A DNA stretch of 64,000 nt from Candidatus Caldarchaeum sp. (lineage in GTDB: Archaea; Thermoproteota; Nitrososphaeria_A; Caldarchaeales; Caldarchaeaceae). This document shows, one piece after another, positions 9,724 to 18,075 of the stretch. How positions within the stretch are numbered: the first letter of the stretch is position 1; the number at the start of each line of letters is the position of its first letter. The position numbers and the translations under genes are program-made. The DNA is taken from positions 26,250 to 90,249 of the forward strand of contig JAWBKB010000005.1 in the NCBI GenBank assembly GCA_038831915.1, read 5' to 3'. The notes under the pieces are model-generated. The model made no database searches, had not been told where the DNA came from, and worked only from the letters and a program-made list of their open reading frames with translations.

Positions 9724-10368
9724 CTATTCTACTATTATTCCACGGGGCTTGGGTTTAAGATATTCGGGCATCCTTGATTCGTATTCGATGATTTTGCCGC
9801 TGTATTTTTCGAGAGTTGTCTGGATGTCGTCGAGGCCTTTCATCAGTCTTTCACGGATGTGTGGCTCCATGTTGAAGGAGATTGTTTCGCCTGCGTATGA
9901 AACCGTCTGTGACTGCAGGTCAACCGAAACCAGCAAATTTCCTGATTTCGCCATGTTTCTTAGCTTCGCGACGTTTTCCTCCGATAGCTTGACGCAGACC
10001 AGCCCGTTTTTGCTGGCGTTGCCGTAGAAGATGTCGCCGAAACTTGAAGCAATCACGCAACGTATTCCAAAGTCGGTCAAAGCCCATACGGCGTTTTCAC
10101 GGCTTGAGCCGATGCCGAAATTACGGCCCGCCACGAGAATCTTCGCATCCCGGAAATCAGGCCTGTCCAAGACGAAATCACCTTTCAAACCGCCTTTCTC
10201 ATCATACCGCCACCGATAGAAAAGATACTTCCCAAGGCCTTTCCTCTCGATGACTTTGAGAAATTCCGCTGGGATGATTTGGTCTGTGTCAACGTCATCC
10301 GCTTCGAGCGGAGCAGCTTTACCAACTACACGGACAACTGGTTCAGGCACGGAAACAGTTTGAAACAT
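9724..10368 (-). CDS. leuD: 3-isopropylmalate dehydratase small subunit (bacterial type)
   Basis: DDVDTDQIIPAEFL, NFGIGSSRENA, SFGDIFYGN, GLDDI; start ATG 10368 or GTG 10350, since the ORF-track start overlaps the divergent ABC gene. Confidence 0.9.
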   Translation of the reverse strand: MFQTVSVPEPVVRVVGKAAPLEADDVDTDQIIPAEFLKVIERKGLGKYLFYRWRYDEKGGLKGDFVLDRPDFRDAKILVAGRNFGIGSSRENAVWALTDFGIRCVIASSFGDIFYGNASKNGLVCVKLSEENVAKLRNMAKSGNLLVSVDLQSQTVSYAGETISFNMEPHIRERLMKGLDDIQTTLEKYSGKIIEYESRMPEYLKPKPRGIIVE

Positions 10369-10405
10369 CCATCTATATAAACAGAAACCTCCAATCATTA
10401 AATCC

Positions 10406-11359
10406 GTGAAAAACTCATCTAACACCGTGGTGGGTTCTGAAGCGATAGTGGTCGAACAGCTGACCAAAAGATACGGTGAATTGGTCGCTGTTGACCATGT
10501 ATCGTTCACCGTTCGTGAAGGAGAAGTTTTTTCTCTGCTGGGCCCTAACGGTGCGGGAAAAACAACCACGGTGGAGATGCTGGAATGTCTCCGAACACCT
10601 GATTCGGGAGACGCTTATATCAAAGGTCTGAGCATCCGAGACCCTTCAAACGTGCAGCGTATTAAAAAGCTAATAGGTGTTTTGCCTCAGGAGTTTAACG
10701 CGGTGGAAAATCTTTCGATTTACGAGAATGTGGAGCTTGCCGCCGCTGCTAAACAGTCTAAAGACGTGAAAGAAGTTTTGGATGCTCTTGGGCTTTGGGA
10801 TATTCGGGGAAGGATGTTTGGCAAGCTTTCTGGCGGGTTGAAACGTAAGGTTGGAATCGCGATGGCCTTGGTTGGAAACCCTGAAATCGTTTTCCTCGAT
10901 GAGCCTACGACGGGCCTTGACCCGCAGGCGCGAAGAGAAACATGGCTCTACATCAAGCGACTCAAACAATCCGGCGTAACCGTCGTCCTCACCACACATT
11001 ACATGGAGGAAGCGGAAAAACTCAGCGACCATGTAACAATCATCGTCAAAGGAAGAATCGCGGTGCAGGGCGAAGTCAAACTACTCATCAATCAACACGG
11101 TGGAAAAGCAAAGCTACTATTCGAAGAGCTCGACGACCATGTGCAGAACGTGTTAAAGGAAAAAGGATACGAAGTCGAAGCCAACGTCAGAGGCCACGTC
11201 ATCGTCAAAATCGAAAAAGAATCAGACCTCTACGACGTGTTGTCAATTCTGCGCGAAACCGGTAGCGAGGCTTATCCCGAAATCCGAAGAGCTGGGCTGG
11301 AGGACGTTTTTCTCAAGGTCATCGGGTCGAAGCTGAGCGAGACAGGTGAATTAATTTGA
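10406..11359 (+). CDS. ABC-2 type exporter ATP-binding protein
   Basis: GPNGAGKTT, LSGGLKRK, FLDEPTTGLDP, TTHYMEEA. Confidence 0.92.
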   Translation: MKNSSNTVVGSEAIVVEQLTKRYGELVAVDHVSFTVREGEVFSLLGPNGAGKTTTVEMLECLRTPDSGDAYIKGLSIRDPSNVQRIKKLIGVLPQEFNAVENLSIYENVELAAAAKQSKDVKEVLDALGLWDIRGRMFGKLSGGLKRKVGIAMALVGNPEIVFLDEPTTGLDPQARRETWLYIKRLKQSGVTVVLTTHYMEEAEKLSDHVTIIVKGRIAVQGEVKLLINQHGGKAKLLFEELDDHVQNVLKEKGYEVEANVRGHVIVKIEKESDLYDVLSILRETGSEAYPEIRRAGLEDVFLKVIGSKLSETGELI

Positions 11360-12597
11360 AAACGTTTCCGACTCTGGTCAAGCTTCTTTTCAAAACATGG
11401 ATGCGCGATAAAACGAGCATCTTCTTTGGAATTCTTTTTCCCGTGATGCTTCTCCTAGTTTTTGGAAGCATTTTCGGCGGCGCTTCCCCACCCAACTACA
11501 CTCTGTATGTGCGAAACCTCGACATCGACCAGAACAACGAACCCGGGTTTCTCTCGCAGGCGTTCATCGAAGCTTTGAACAACAGTGTATTCGAAGTGAT
11601 ACTTCTCAAACCCTACGACCCGATTCCACGCAGCACAGGATTCGCCGCTGTGCGTATCCTCACCATTCCAAAAGGATTTACCAGTAATTTGCTAAACATG
11701 ACGATGGTCAACCGCATCGACATAACGGCGGATACCATCATGAAAATGGAGGAAATGGCTGGCAAAAACATTCCTCCGGAAACACGGGCGAACATCACGG
11801 CATCGATGCAAGGCATGCGGATTTTCAGAGAAATGATAAAAGCAGAGAAAAACATCCTCATGGTTGAAGGAAGCGCCGACGACCGCGTTCTCCCAGCCAT
11901 CGAAGGAATGATAAACATCATAGCGTCCAAATTCGAGCTCACGTTGCTCAACGCCTCATCCGCAATCGAAGTAAAAACCGAGCTTATTCAAATGAAGCAG
12001 ATGCGCCCTGTTGACTATTATCTACCAGGATACATCGCCGCGTTCATCATGTCGAATGGTTTGATAGGGGTCTCGTCGATGGTCAGCGATTTGAACAGAA
12101 GACATGTAACCAAGCTATTGGCTTCGACTCCGCTTTCGAAGTCTCTGTGGATTGTCTCGCTGCTTGTCGTTCAGACCTTTGCGTCTCTGATTTTGACATC
12201 TGTGATGATATTAGTCGGCTGGCTCGTGTTCCGGATAAGCGTGATTCCCGACATCTACAGCTTAGCGGTGATTTTCATCGGGACCTTGGCTTTCACCGGG
12301 TTCGGAATCCTTATCGGCGGCGCCGTAAAAGAAGCCGAAGCTGTCACAGCTCTCGGAAATGCTCTCGCATTCCCGATGATGTTTCTTTCAGGAGCTTTTT
12401 GGCCTGTGGAGCTAATGCCCCCATTCATGCAACAGGTCGCGCGTTTTGTCCCACTATTCTATTTCCACAACGCTTTGAGGATGACGCTCATCGCCGGCAG
12501 TGTTGAAGAAGCATTTTTCCCCACTTTGATAGTGATGGGCCTCGCAGCCGTTGGAATAATCCTCGCCATCCAAGTGACCAAGTGGCGCGACTTTTAG
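11356..12597 (+). CDS. ABC-2 type exporter permease
   Basis: N-terminal TM, large extracellular loop, YYLPG, FPMMFLSGAFWP; overlaps the ATPase stop. Confidence 0.88.
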   Translation: MKTFPTLVKLLFKTWMRDKTSIFFGILFPVMLLLVFGSIFGGASPPNYTLYVRNLDIDQNNEPGFLSQAFIEALNNSVFEVILLKPYDPIPRSTGFAAVRILTIPKGFTSNLLNMTMVNRIDITADTIMKMEEMAGKNIPPETRANITASMQGMRIFREMIKAEKNILMVEGSADDRVLPAIEGMINIIASKFELTLLNASSAIEVKTELIQMKQMRPVDYYLPGYIAAFIMSNGLIGVSSMVSDLNRRHVTKLLASTPLSKSLWIVSLLVVQTFASLILTSVMILVGWLVFRISVIPDIYSLAVIFIGTLAFTGFGILIGGAVKEAEAVTALGNALAFPMMFLSGAFWPVELMPPFMQQVARFVPLFYFHNALRMTLIAGSVEEAFFPTLIVMGLAAVGIILAIQVTKWRDF

Positions 12598-13487
12598 CCA
12601 AACTCATCCCGTAAAACGGGAACAACTTTTTCACCGATTTTGCGACATCCATCGACGATGTTCGCTGCAATAGGGTGGCCGAAAACCAGATGGTTGACGC
12701 CGTTTTTCAGCAACTTCACCGACTTTTCGACCACATCATCCACATCACCGTGGATAGAGAAATTGTCCAACACACAGGCGGCCACCTCATCATCTACATC
12801 CGACAAATCCTCCAGCCGTAGGCCCGCGTATTCCATCATAGGCGAGCCGTCGACCAAGTCAACCACGTACCGGAGAAGAACATTCAAAAATTGCCTCTGT
12901 TCATTCTGTTTCTCTGAAAGAAAGGTGAAAGGCCTCGCCACAAGCTCTTTTCCAGCTCCACCGGCCTCGTCCATCCACTTCCTCATCATAGCCGCGTAGA
13001 TTGGGTTGGCGAGGTTGTCAACAACAACTCCATCAACGACACTTGACTTCGCAGCTGCTCTCGTCAGTAAGGGCCCGCTCGTGCCAACGTAGATAACCGG
13101 TGGCTTACCGAGGGCCCAATCCATCCGAGCCATATGTGCAACAACTTGCTCAACGTGTTCGACCACTTCTTTGATGGTTGCCCTACGTTCACCCATGTAG
13201 GCGCCGCGTGAAATTCCCAGCACAGCGCCTGGAGAAACTGACGCCAGATACGCCGCAAACCTCGCGTTCACATGTGGGCTGTAAAGATTCGCCGGCACCG
13301 TCACTGGGCCAACAAGTACTCTTCTTAGGAATGGCGCAACCGAGAAGCAAATACCCCAAGCAGGCCTGTAAGGCAGATGCTCGTAAACCTGCAGAGAATA
13401 AAACGCGTATTCATCAACGGTTTTAGCAACTTCGAGAAGGGCGGAAAATGGTTTATCGCCTTCGACGACTACGCTGACCTTCACCAT
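12594..13487 (-). CDS. LLM-class (luciferase-like / Mer-like) oxidoreductase
   Basis: YEH, GPVTV, LGISRG, IYVGTSGP, SIHGDVDDV, GVNHLVFGHP. Confidence 0.75.
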   Translation of the reverse strand: MVKVSVVVEGDKPFSALLEVAKTVDEYAFYSLQVYEHLPYRPAWGICFSVAPFLRRVLVGPVTVPANLYSPHVNARFAAYLASVSPGAVLGISRGAYMGERRATIKEVVEHVEQVVAHMARMDWALGKPPVIYVGTSGPLLTRAAAKSSVVDGVVVDNLANPIYAAMMRKWMDEAGGAGKELVARPFTFLSEKQNEQRQFLNVLLRYVVDLVDGSPMMEYAGLRLEDLSDVDDEVAACVLDNFSIHGDVDDVVEKSVKLLKNGVNHLVFGHPIAANIVDGCRKIGEKVVPVLRDEFG

Positions 13488-13549
13488 CCACTCTCATCGG
13501 AAAACGAAAACATACAAATGTTTAGAAACAACTCGAAGCGGAAAAAACC

Positions 13550-14500
13550 ATGAAATACGTGGATGTCGTCGGCGTGGGCCGAATAGGGCATGGAATAGCC
13601 GCATGCGTAGCCATTCATGGATACAGCGTCAGGCTCCGCGACGTCAAACAAAGAACTGAAACCGAGAAAAATCAGATTCGTCAAAAAGCACTATCCCTCG
13701 TGTATGAATGCATCCTGTTGTTCGACGGCGAAAACGCCCTCCGAGAAAAACCCGAGGAAATCATGCGGAAAGTTGAATTTGTTTCGGGATACGATAGAGT
13801 TGAGGAAGCTTTCCACATCGTCGAAGCCGTGCCGGAAAACATCGAAATCAAGAAAGCCGTCTATGAACGTCTTTCTGAAAAAACATCCGTCGACGCTGTT
13901 CTGGCTTCCGCGAGTAGCAGCATCAGGCCATCGGCTTTGGCGAAATTCGTGAAAAACCCGAGCCGTTTTCTCGTAACGCATTGGATTAACCCTGCTGAGT
14001 TGGTTCCGTTGGTCGAAGTCGCTGCTTCACCATTTACGTCGAAAACTGTTCTGGATGACACGGTGTCTTTTCTCAAAAGCTGTGGAAAAATTCCCGTGGT
14101 CTGTAGCGACAGCCCAGGATATGTTTCAGCCCGTCTGCAAGCCGCTTTGATGAATGAAGCTCTACGTCTCGTAGAGGAAGGTGTCGCTTCGCCCGAATCC
14201 GTTGACAAAGCTTTGATGGCTGGGATAGGTTTTAGGCTCGCTGTTCAAGGGCTTTTGGAATTTCTCGACTGGGGCGGGGTCGACATACTTCACAAAGTTG
14301 ACAACTATCTCGCATCCGAGCTTAACGCAGAACGGTTCAAACCACCGGCCATTCTTAAACAACTCGTCGAAAAACAACATTTCGGCATGGATAAAGGACG
14401 TGGCATCTATGATTATTCAGGCGTGGATGTGGAAGCGCTTAAAACAACGCGTAAAAAGCAGATGATAAACCGGCTTAAGCAATTAGGTATTTTACGTTGA
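13550..14500 (+). CDS. 3-hydroxyacyl-CoA dehydrogenase
   Basis: GVGRIGHGIA, EAVPENIEIK, HWINP, PGYVSARLQ, GMDKGRGIYDY. Confidence 0.9.
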   Translation: MKYVDVVGVGRIGHGIAACVAIHGYSVRLRDVKQRTETEKNQIRQKALSLVYECILLFDGENALREKPEEIMRKVEFVSGYDRVEEAFHIVEAVPENIEIKKAVYERLSEKTSVDAVLASASSSIRPSALAKFVKNPSRFLVTHWINPAELVPLVEVAASPFTSKTVLDDTVSFLKSCGKIPVVCSDSPGYVSARLQAALMNEALRLVEEGVASPESVDKALMAGIGFRLAVQGLLEFLDWGGVDILHKVDNYLASELNAERFKPPAILKQLVEKQHFGMDKGRGIYDYSGVDVEALKTTRKKQMINRLKQLGILR

Positions 14501-14504
14501 AGGT

Positions 14505-15881
14505 TTGCAGAAAGCTGGGTTGAAGACGAAGATAGCATGTACTTTGGGGCCTTCCCTGTCAACGGTCGAAGACATCGTGAAAGCCGTTTCGGTTGGATGT
14601 AGAATTTTCAGAATTAATTTTAGCCATGGAAACCCCGATGTTTGGGAAACTTTTGCGGCGAATGTTCGGAAAGCCGCTGAAAAAACGGGTGAAAACCTTG
14701 TTTTGCTGGGAGACTTGAAAGGCAGCTCGGTTCGCGTAAAAGGATTGGAGCAAAGCATATCGCTGAACACGGGGGAAAGGATAAAATTCTCTCTGGACGG
14801 GCCCATCCAGCTACCGCATCCTGAATTCTTCCAAACAGTAGAAGTCGGCGACGTTCTCGTTTTCGACGACGGCCGCGGAATCCTCAACGTCGTAAAACAC
14901 AACGGAAAATCCATCGTCGCCGAAGTTGCGAGACCCCTGACAATCGCCCCCAACAAATCCATCGTCATCCGCGAAAAAGAAGTCGAAGCCGCAGACTACA
15001 TCGAAGCAAGCAGAGAAGGAATAGAGGCAGCCATCAAGCTCGAACTCGACTACGTGGGCCTCAGCTTCGTGAGAAGCGGCGAAGACATCGACAAAGTTAG
15101 AGAATATCTTGAATCACGCGGCTGCAGAGCTGAATTGATTGCGAAAATCGAAACACCTTCCGCGGTAAAAAACATTGACGAAATCTGCGTGAAAAGCGAC
15201 GCTATACTCATTGCGAGAGGAGATTTGGGGATGCATTTTCCCCTGGAGCTTGTGCCGCGTCTCCAGAAAACAATAGTTGAAGCGGCCTACAACCGCAACC
15301 GCCCCGTCATCGTGGCGACTCAGCTTCTCGGCAGCATGGTGAATGAATCCGTTCCTACGCGGAGCGAAATAGTCGACGTAATGTCATGCGTGGAAGACGG
15401 AGTAGACGTGTTGATGCTCACCGCGGAAACAGCGGTTGGACGTTATCCGATTGAATCGCTTCAGTGGCTGGTGAAAATTGCGGAAACCTATGAAAGAGCG
15501 ATGAAGCCACGCCGAAGCCTGCCACCAGACGCCGAAGTAGTTGATAGGTTTGCTCTCGCCGTCGTCAACCTCGCCGAATCACTCGCCGCGAAAATCGCGA
15601 TATTCACCATGAACGGAAACATGGCCCGCCGGATAGCACGGTTCAAACCCGTGGGAGGAATAATAGCCGCAACACCCAACAAACACGTCATCCCACGTCT
15701 AAACCTGCTCTGGGGAGTAACACCAATCCTCATAGAAGCCAAAACATACAGCGAAGGAATCAAAAAACTCGAAGAAACACTGGAAAAAACAGGATTGGCC
15801 GAACAAGGCGACACGTTTGTCTTAACGTATGGATTGGTCGAGGAACCTGTTCACATCGTCAAAATGAAGCGTTTCAAATAA
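14505..15881 (+). CDS. pyk: Pyruvate kinase
   Basis: TKIACTLGP, FRINFSHG, IAKIET, ARGDLG, ATQLLGSM, PTRSE, ETAVGRYP. Confidence 0.95.
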   Translation: MQKAGLKTKIACTLGPSLSTVEDIVKAVSVGCRIFRINFSHGNPDVWETFAANVRKAAEKTGENLVLLGDLKGSSVRVKGLEQSISLNTGERIKFSLDGPIQLPHPEFFQTVEVGDVLVFDDGRGILNVVKHNGKSIVAEVARPLTIAPNKSIVIREKEVEAADYIEASREGIEAAIKLELDYVGLSFVRSGEDIDKVREYLESRGCRAELIAKIETPSAVKNIDEICVKSDAILIARGDLGMHFPLELVPRLQKTIVEAAYNRNRPVIVATQLLGSMVNESVPTRSEIVDVMSCVEDGVDVLMLTAETAVGRYPIESLQWLVKIAETYERAMKPRRSLPPDAEVVDRFALAVVNLAESLAAKIAIFTMNGNMARRIARFKPVGGIIAATPNKHVIPRLNLLWGVTPILIEAKTYSEGIKKLEETLEKTGLAEQGDTFVLTYGLVEEPVHIVKMKRFK

Positions 15882-15903
15882 TTGTGCGGCGGTTTTTGGG
15901 TCT

Positions 15904-16902
15904 TTATTTTCCGTCTTGGAGGTCTTCTACGCCTTTTTCTGTGATTTTGAAGTATGCTTCGGCTGTTGGTGGGTGGTAGGGGCTGTCGATGACGCGGGCG
16001 AGGCGTGTGTTGTTGGCGGCTCTTCGGATGAAGATGCGGTAGGTGCTGCTGTGGGCGAGAACGTGGCCTCCGCTGGGTTTGTTGGGGTCTCCGAAGAACT
16101 GGTCAGGGTTGGCCTGAACTTGATTAGTTACGACGACGGCGACGTTGTGAACCTGAGCCGTCCGTAGAAGCCTGTGAAGCAAATCGTTCAGTCGCTGCTG
16201 CCTTTCGGCAAGAGTTCCACGACCGATAAACTCCGCCCGGAAATGCGAAATAATTGAATCAACTATGACGAGCCGGGCCTTGTATTTCTCGATGTATCTG
16301 CCGAGTTCCTTGATGGTAAGCTGTAGATGGCTTGAGTTGTAGACGCTGGCGAAAATAATGTTTTCCAGGATTTTCCGCTGGTCGAGGCCCCGTGCTTCGG
16401 CGATTTGAATAATCCGTTCGGGCCTGAACGTTGCTTCGGTGTCGATGTAGATGGCTGCTCCGTCGAGGCCGCCCTGTTCACGGGGAAGCTGCGCCGTCAC
16501 ACATAGAGTATGACATATCTGTGTTTTCCCCGAGCCGTATTCGCCGATGAGCTCTGTGATGGCCTGTGTTTCCACGCCGCCGCCCAACATAGCGTCTAAC
16601 GCTTTCGAACCCGTAGTAAGCTTCTGCATCGATTTTCGACGTTCTAAGACTTCGGTCGCGGGGACAAACTCCTTGTCCAGAAAACCGCTTTCGATAAGCA
16701 GGAGACGGGCTTTGAGACAAAGTTCCTCAGCTTTTTCCGCACCGATTCCCAGCTCCACCAATTCACGTGGAGTAGCGGCGGCTAGGTCAAGCACCGAAGT
16801 AATCCCCGCCGAATTAAGCTTCTCCTCAGTAGCCTTTCCAATACCGTCTATACTCTGCAAATCAAACACGTCAATCTCTTTTTCAGCTGTTTTCTTGGTC
16901 AT
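15904..16902 (-). CDS. radA: DNA repair and recombination protein RadA
   Basis: N-terminal HhH, GEYGSGKTQ, YIDTEATFRPER, GRGTLAERQQ, TNQV, GGHVLAH. Confidence 0.97.
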   Translation of the reverse strand: MTKKTAEKEIDVFDLQSIDGIGKATEEKLNSAGITSVLDLAAATPRELVELGIGAEKAEELCLKARLLLIESGFLDKEFVPATEVLERRKSMQKLTTGSKALDAMLGGGVETQAITELIGEYGSGKTQICHTLCVTAQLPREQGGLDGAAIYIDTEATFRPERIIQIAEARGLDQRKILENIIFASVYNSSHLQLTIKELGRYIEKYKARLVIVDSIISHFRAEFIGRGTLAERQQRLNDLLHRLLRTAQVHNVAVVVTNQVQANPDQFFGDPNKPSGGHVLAHSSTYRIFIRRAANNTRLARVIDSPYHPPTAEAYFKITEKGVEDLQDGK

Positions 16903-16972
16903 CCGTCAAATTCTACAAACATGTGACTGCTTTATAAAAAATGATGCAAGAAGATAAAAGGGGGGAGGGGGT

Positions 16973-17614
16973 TTAGGGAAGGGCCAGCCTTGGGCCGAGG
17001 GCTTTTCTCAGTGCTTTGACGACGGAATGGCCGACTGGAACGAGGTAGGCCGCGGAAATCGCGTTGAACAACGCCGTCAAACCTGTGATGATCAAAGCCA
17101 CGTCTAGGTCAGTTCCGAAGACATATCCGAGGTTGGTGAGCGTCCTTTTGCCGAACGCCAAGTATATTGACGGAAACAGCAGGTAGTAGAGGGCGAAGGT
17201 AATCGGCGCCATCACGCCGGCTCTCACAGCTATTCCGCCCAACGTCGACGAAACCACCTTACCGCGGCCAATTTTCTCCGCAACCTTCAACCCTACATAA
17301 ACGCCCAAAAACATCGACAGAACAGCTGTCAGCTTCATGAGCTGCGGAATCGGGGGTGGAGCAAAAACACCGGTAGCGGTAATAACCAATGCATACCAGT
17401 GCGCCAGGGCTGTTATCACGCCGTATTTCCAGCCAAACAGTAGGAATGAAACGATGTCCGGGATTTCAGCGAGGTCGAACCGGAGAAACGGCAGCAGCGG
17501 GAACGGGAATGACAGGGGAGCGATGCCCATCACGTAAGCCAATGCAGCCAACGAAATCGCGCCCGCAAGTCGTTGCCTTGTACTCATAACGGAGCTTGGT
17601 GGACTGGAACTCAT
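16973..17614 (-). CDS. ECF transporter S component (RibU/PanT-like)
   Basis: FPFPLLPFLRFDLAEIP motif and about 6 TM helices; ATG 17614 lies about 25 nt below a TATTTATT box. Confidence 0.7.
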   Translation of the reverse strand: MSSSPPSSVMSTRQRLAGAISLAALAYVMGIAPLSFPFPLLPFLRFDLAEIPDIVSFLLFGWKYGVITALAHWYALVITATGVFAPPPIPQLMKLTAVLSMFLGVYVGLKVAEKIGRGKVVSSTLGGIAVRAGVMAPITFALYYLLFPSIYLAFGKRTLTNLGYVFGTDLDVALIITGLTALFNAISAAYLVPVGHSVVKALRKALGPRLALP

Positions 17615-17664
17615 CAAAATAGCGAAACGCGGCAAGAATAAATACCTAACGTCCAAGTTAAGAT

Positions 17665-17686
17665 ATGTTTACCAAAAAGTAAAATT
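17665..17686. promoter_or_regulatory. Imperfect palindromic operator, copy 2 (ATGTTTAC-N6-GTAAAATT)
   Basis: Near-identical to the perfect palindrome at 18004-18025. Confidence 0.55.
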
Positions 17687-17993
17687 ACTTTTCGGACATG
17701 AGATTTTTTGCGAATTCGGCAATTTTTAGGTAAAGGTCGGGTTTTCTGGGCGCAACCACTCGCGAACGTCCAACCTCATAAATGGTGACGAGGCCGGCTT
17801 CGCGGAGAATTTTGACATGCTTGTAAGTGATAGCGTATCGGGTTTTGATTATGCGGGCCACGCCCTTGATATGAAGAGGTCTTTCGCTTGCTGATACGAT
17901 CTCTAATATGCGTAGACGGTGTGGATGGCCTAGGGCTGCGAAGACGTTGGCGATCTTTTCGTTTTCCTCTGGCGGTTTTAATTGAGACGCCAC
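17685..17993 (-). CDS. ArsR/SmtB family transcriptional regulator
   Basis: FAALGHPHRLRIL, HVKILREAGLV, GRSR wing. Confidence 0.85.
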   Translation of the reverse strand: MASQLKPPEENEKIANVFAALGHPHRLRILEIVSASERPLHIKGVARIIKTRYAITYKHVKILREAGLVTIYEVGRSRVVAPRKPDLYLKIAEFAKNLMSEK

Positions 17994-18003
17994 GATGAGT
18001 TAG

Positions 18004-18025
18004 ATGTTTACCAAAATGTAAACAT
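18004..18025. promoter_or_regulatory. Perfect palindromic operator ATGTTTAC-N6-GTAAACAT upstream of the ArsR gene
   Basis: 8-bp inverted repeat about 10 nt upstream of the start codon, over the expected promoter. Confidence 0.65.
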
Positions 18026-18075
18026 TTAGGACCTTGAAATAAGCAATGAGAACCAGTTAGGAGCAAAGGTTTGTT

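Noticed and set aside
16955-16975. G-rich run AAAAGGGGGGAGGGGG
   Set aside because: Most simply a pyrimidine-rich terminator on the minus strand after the S-component gene; too little evidence for more.
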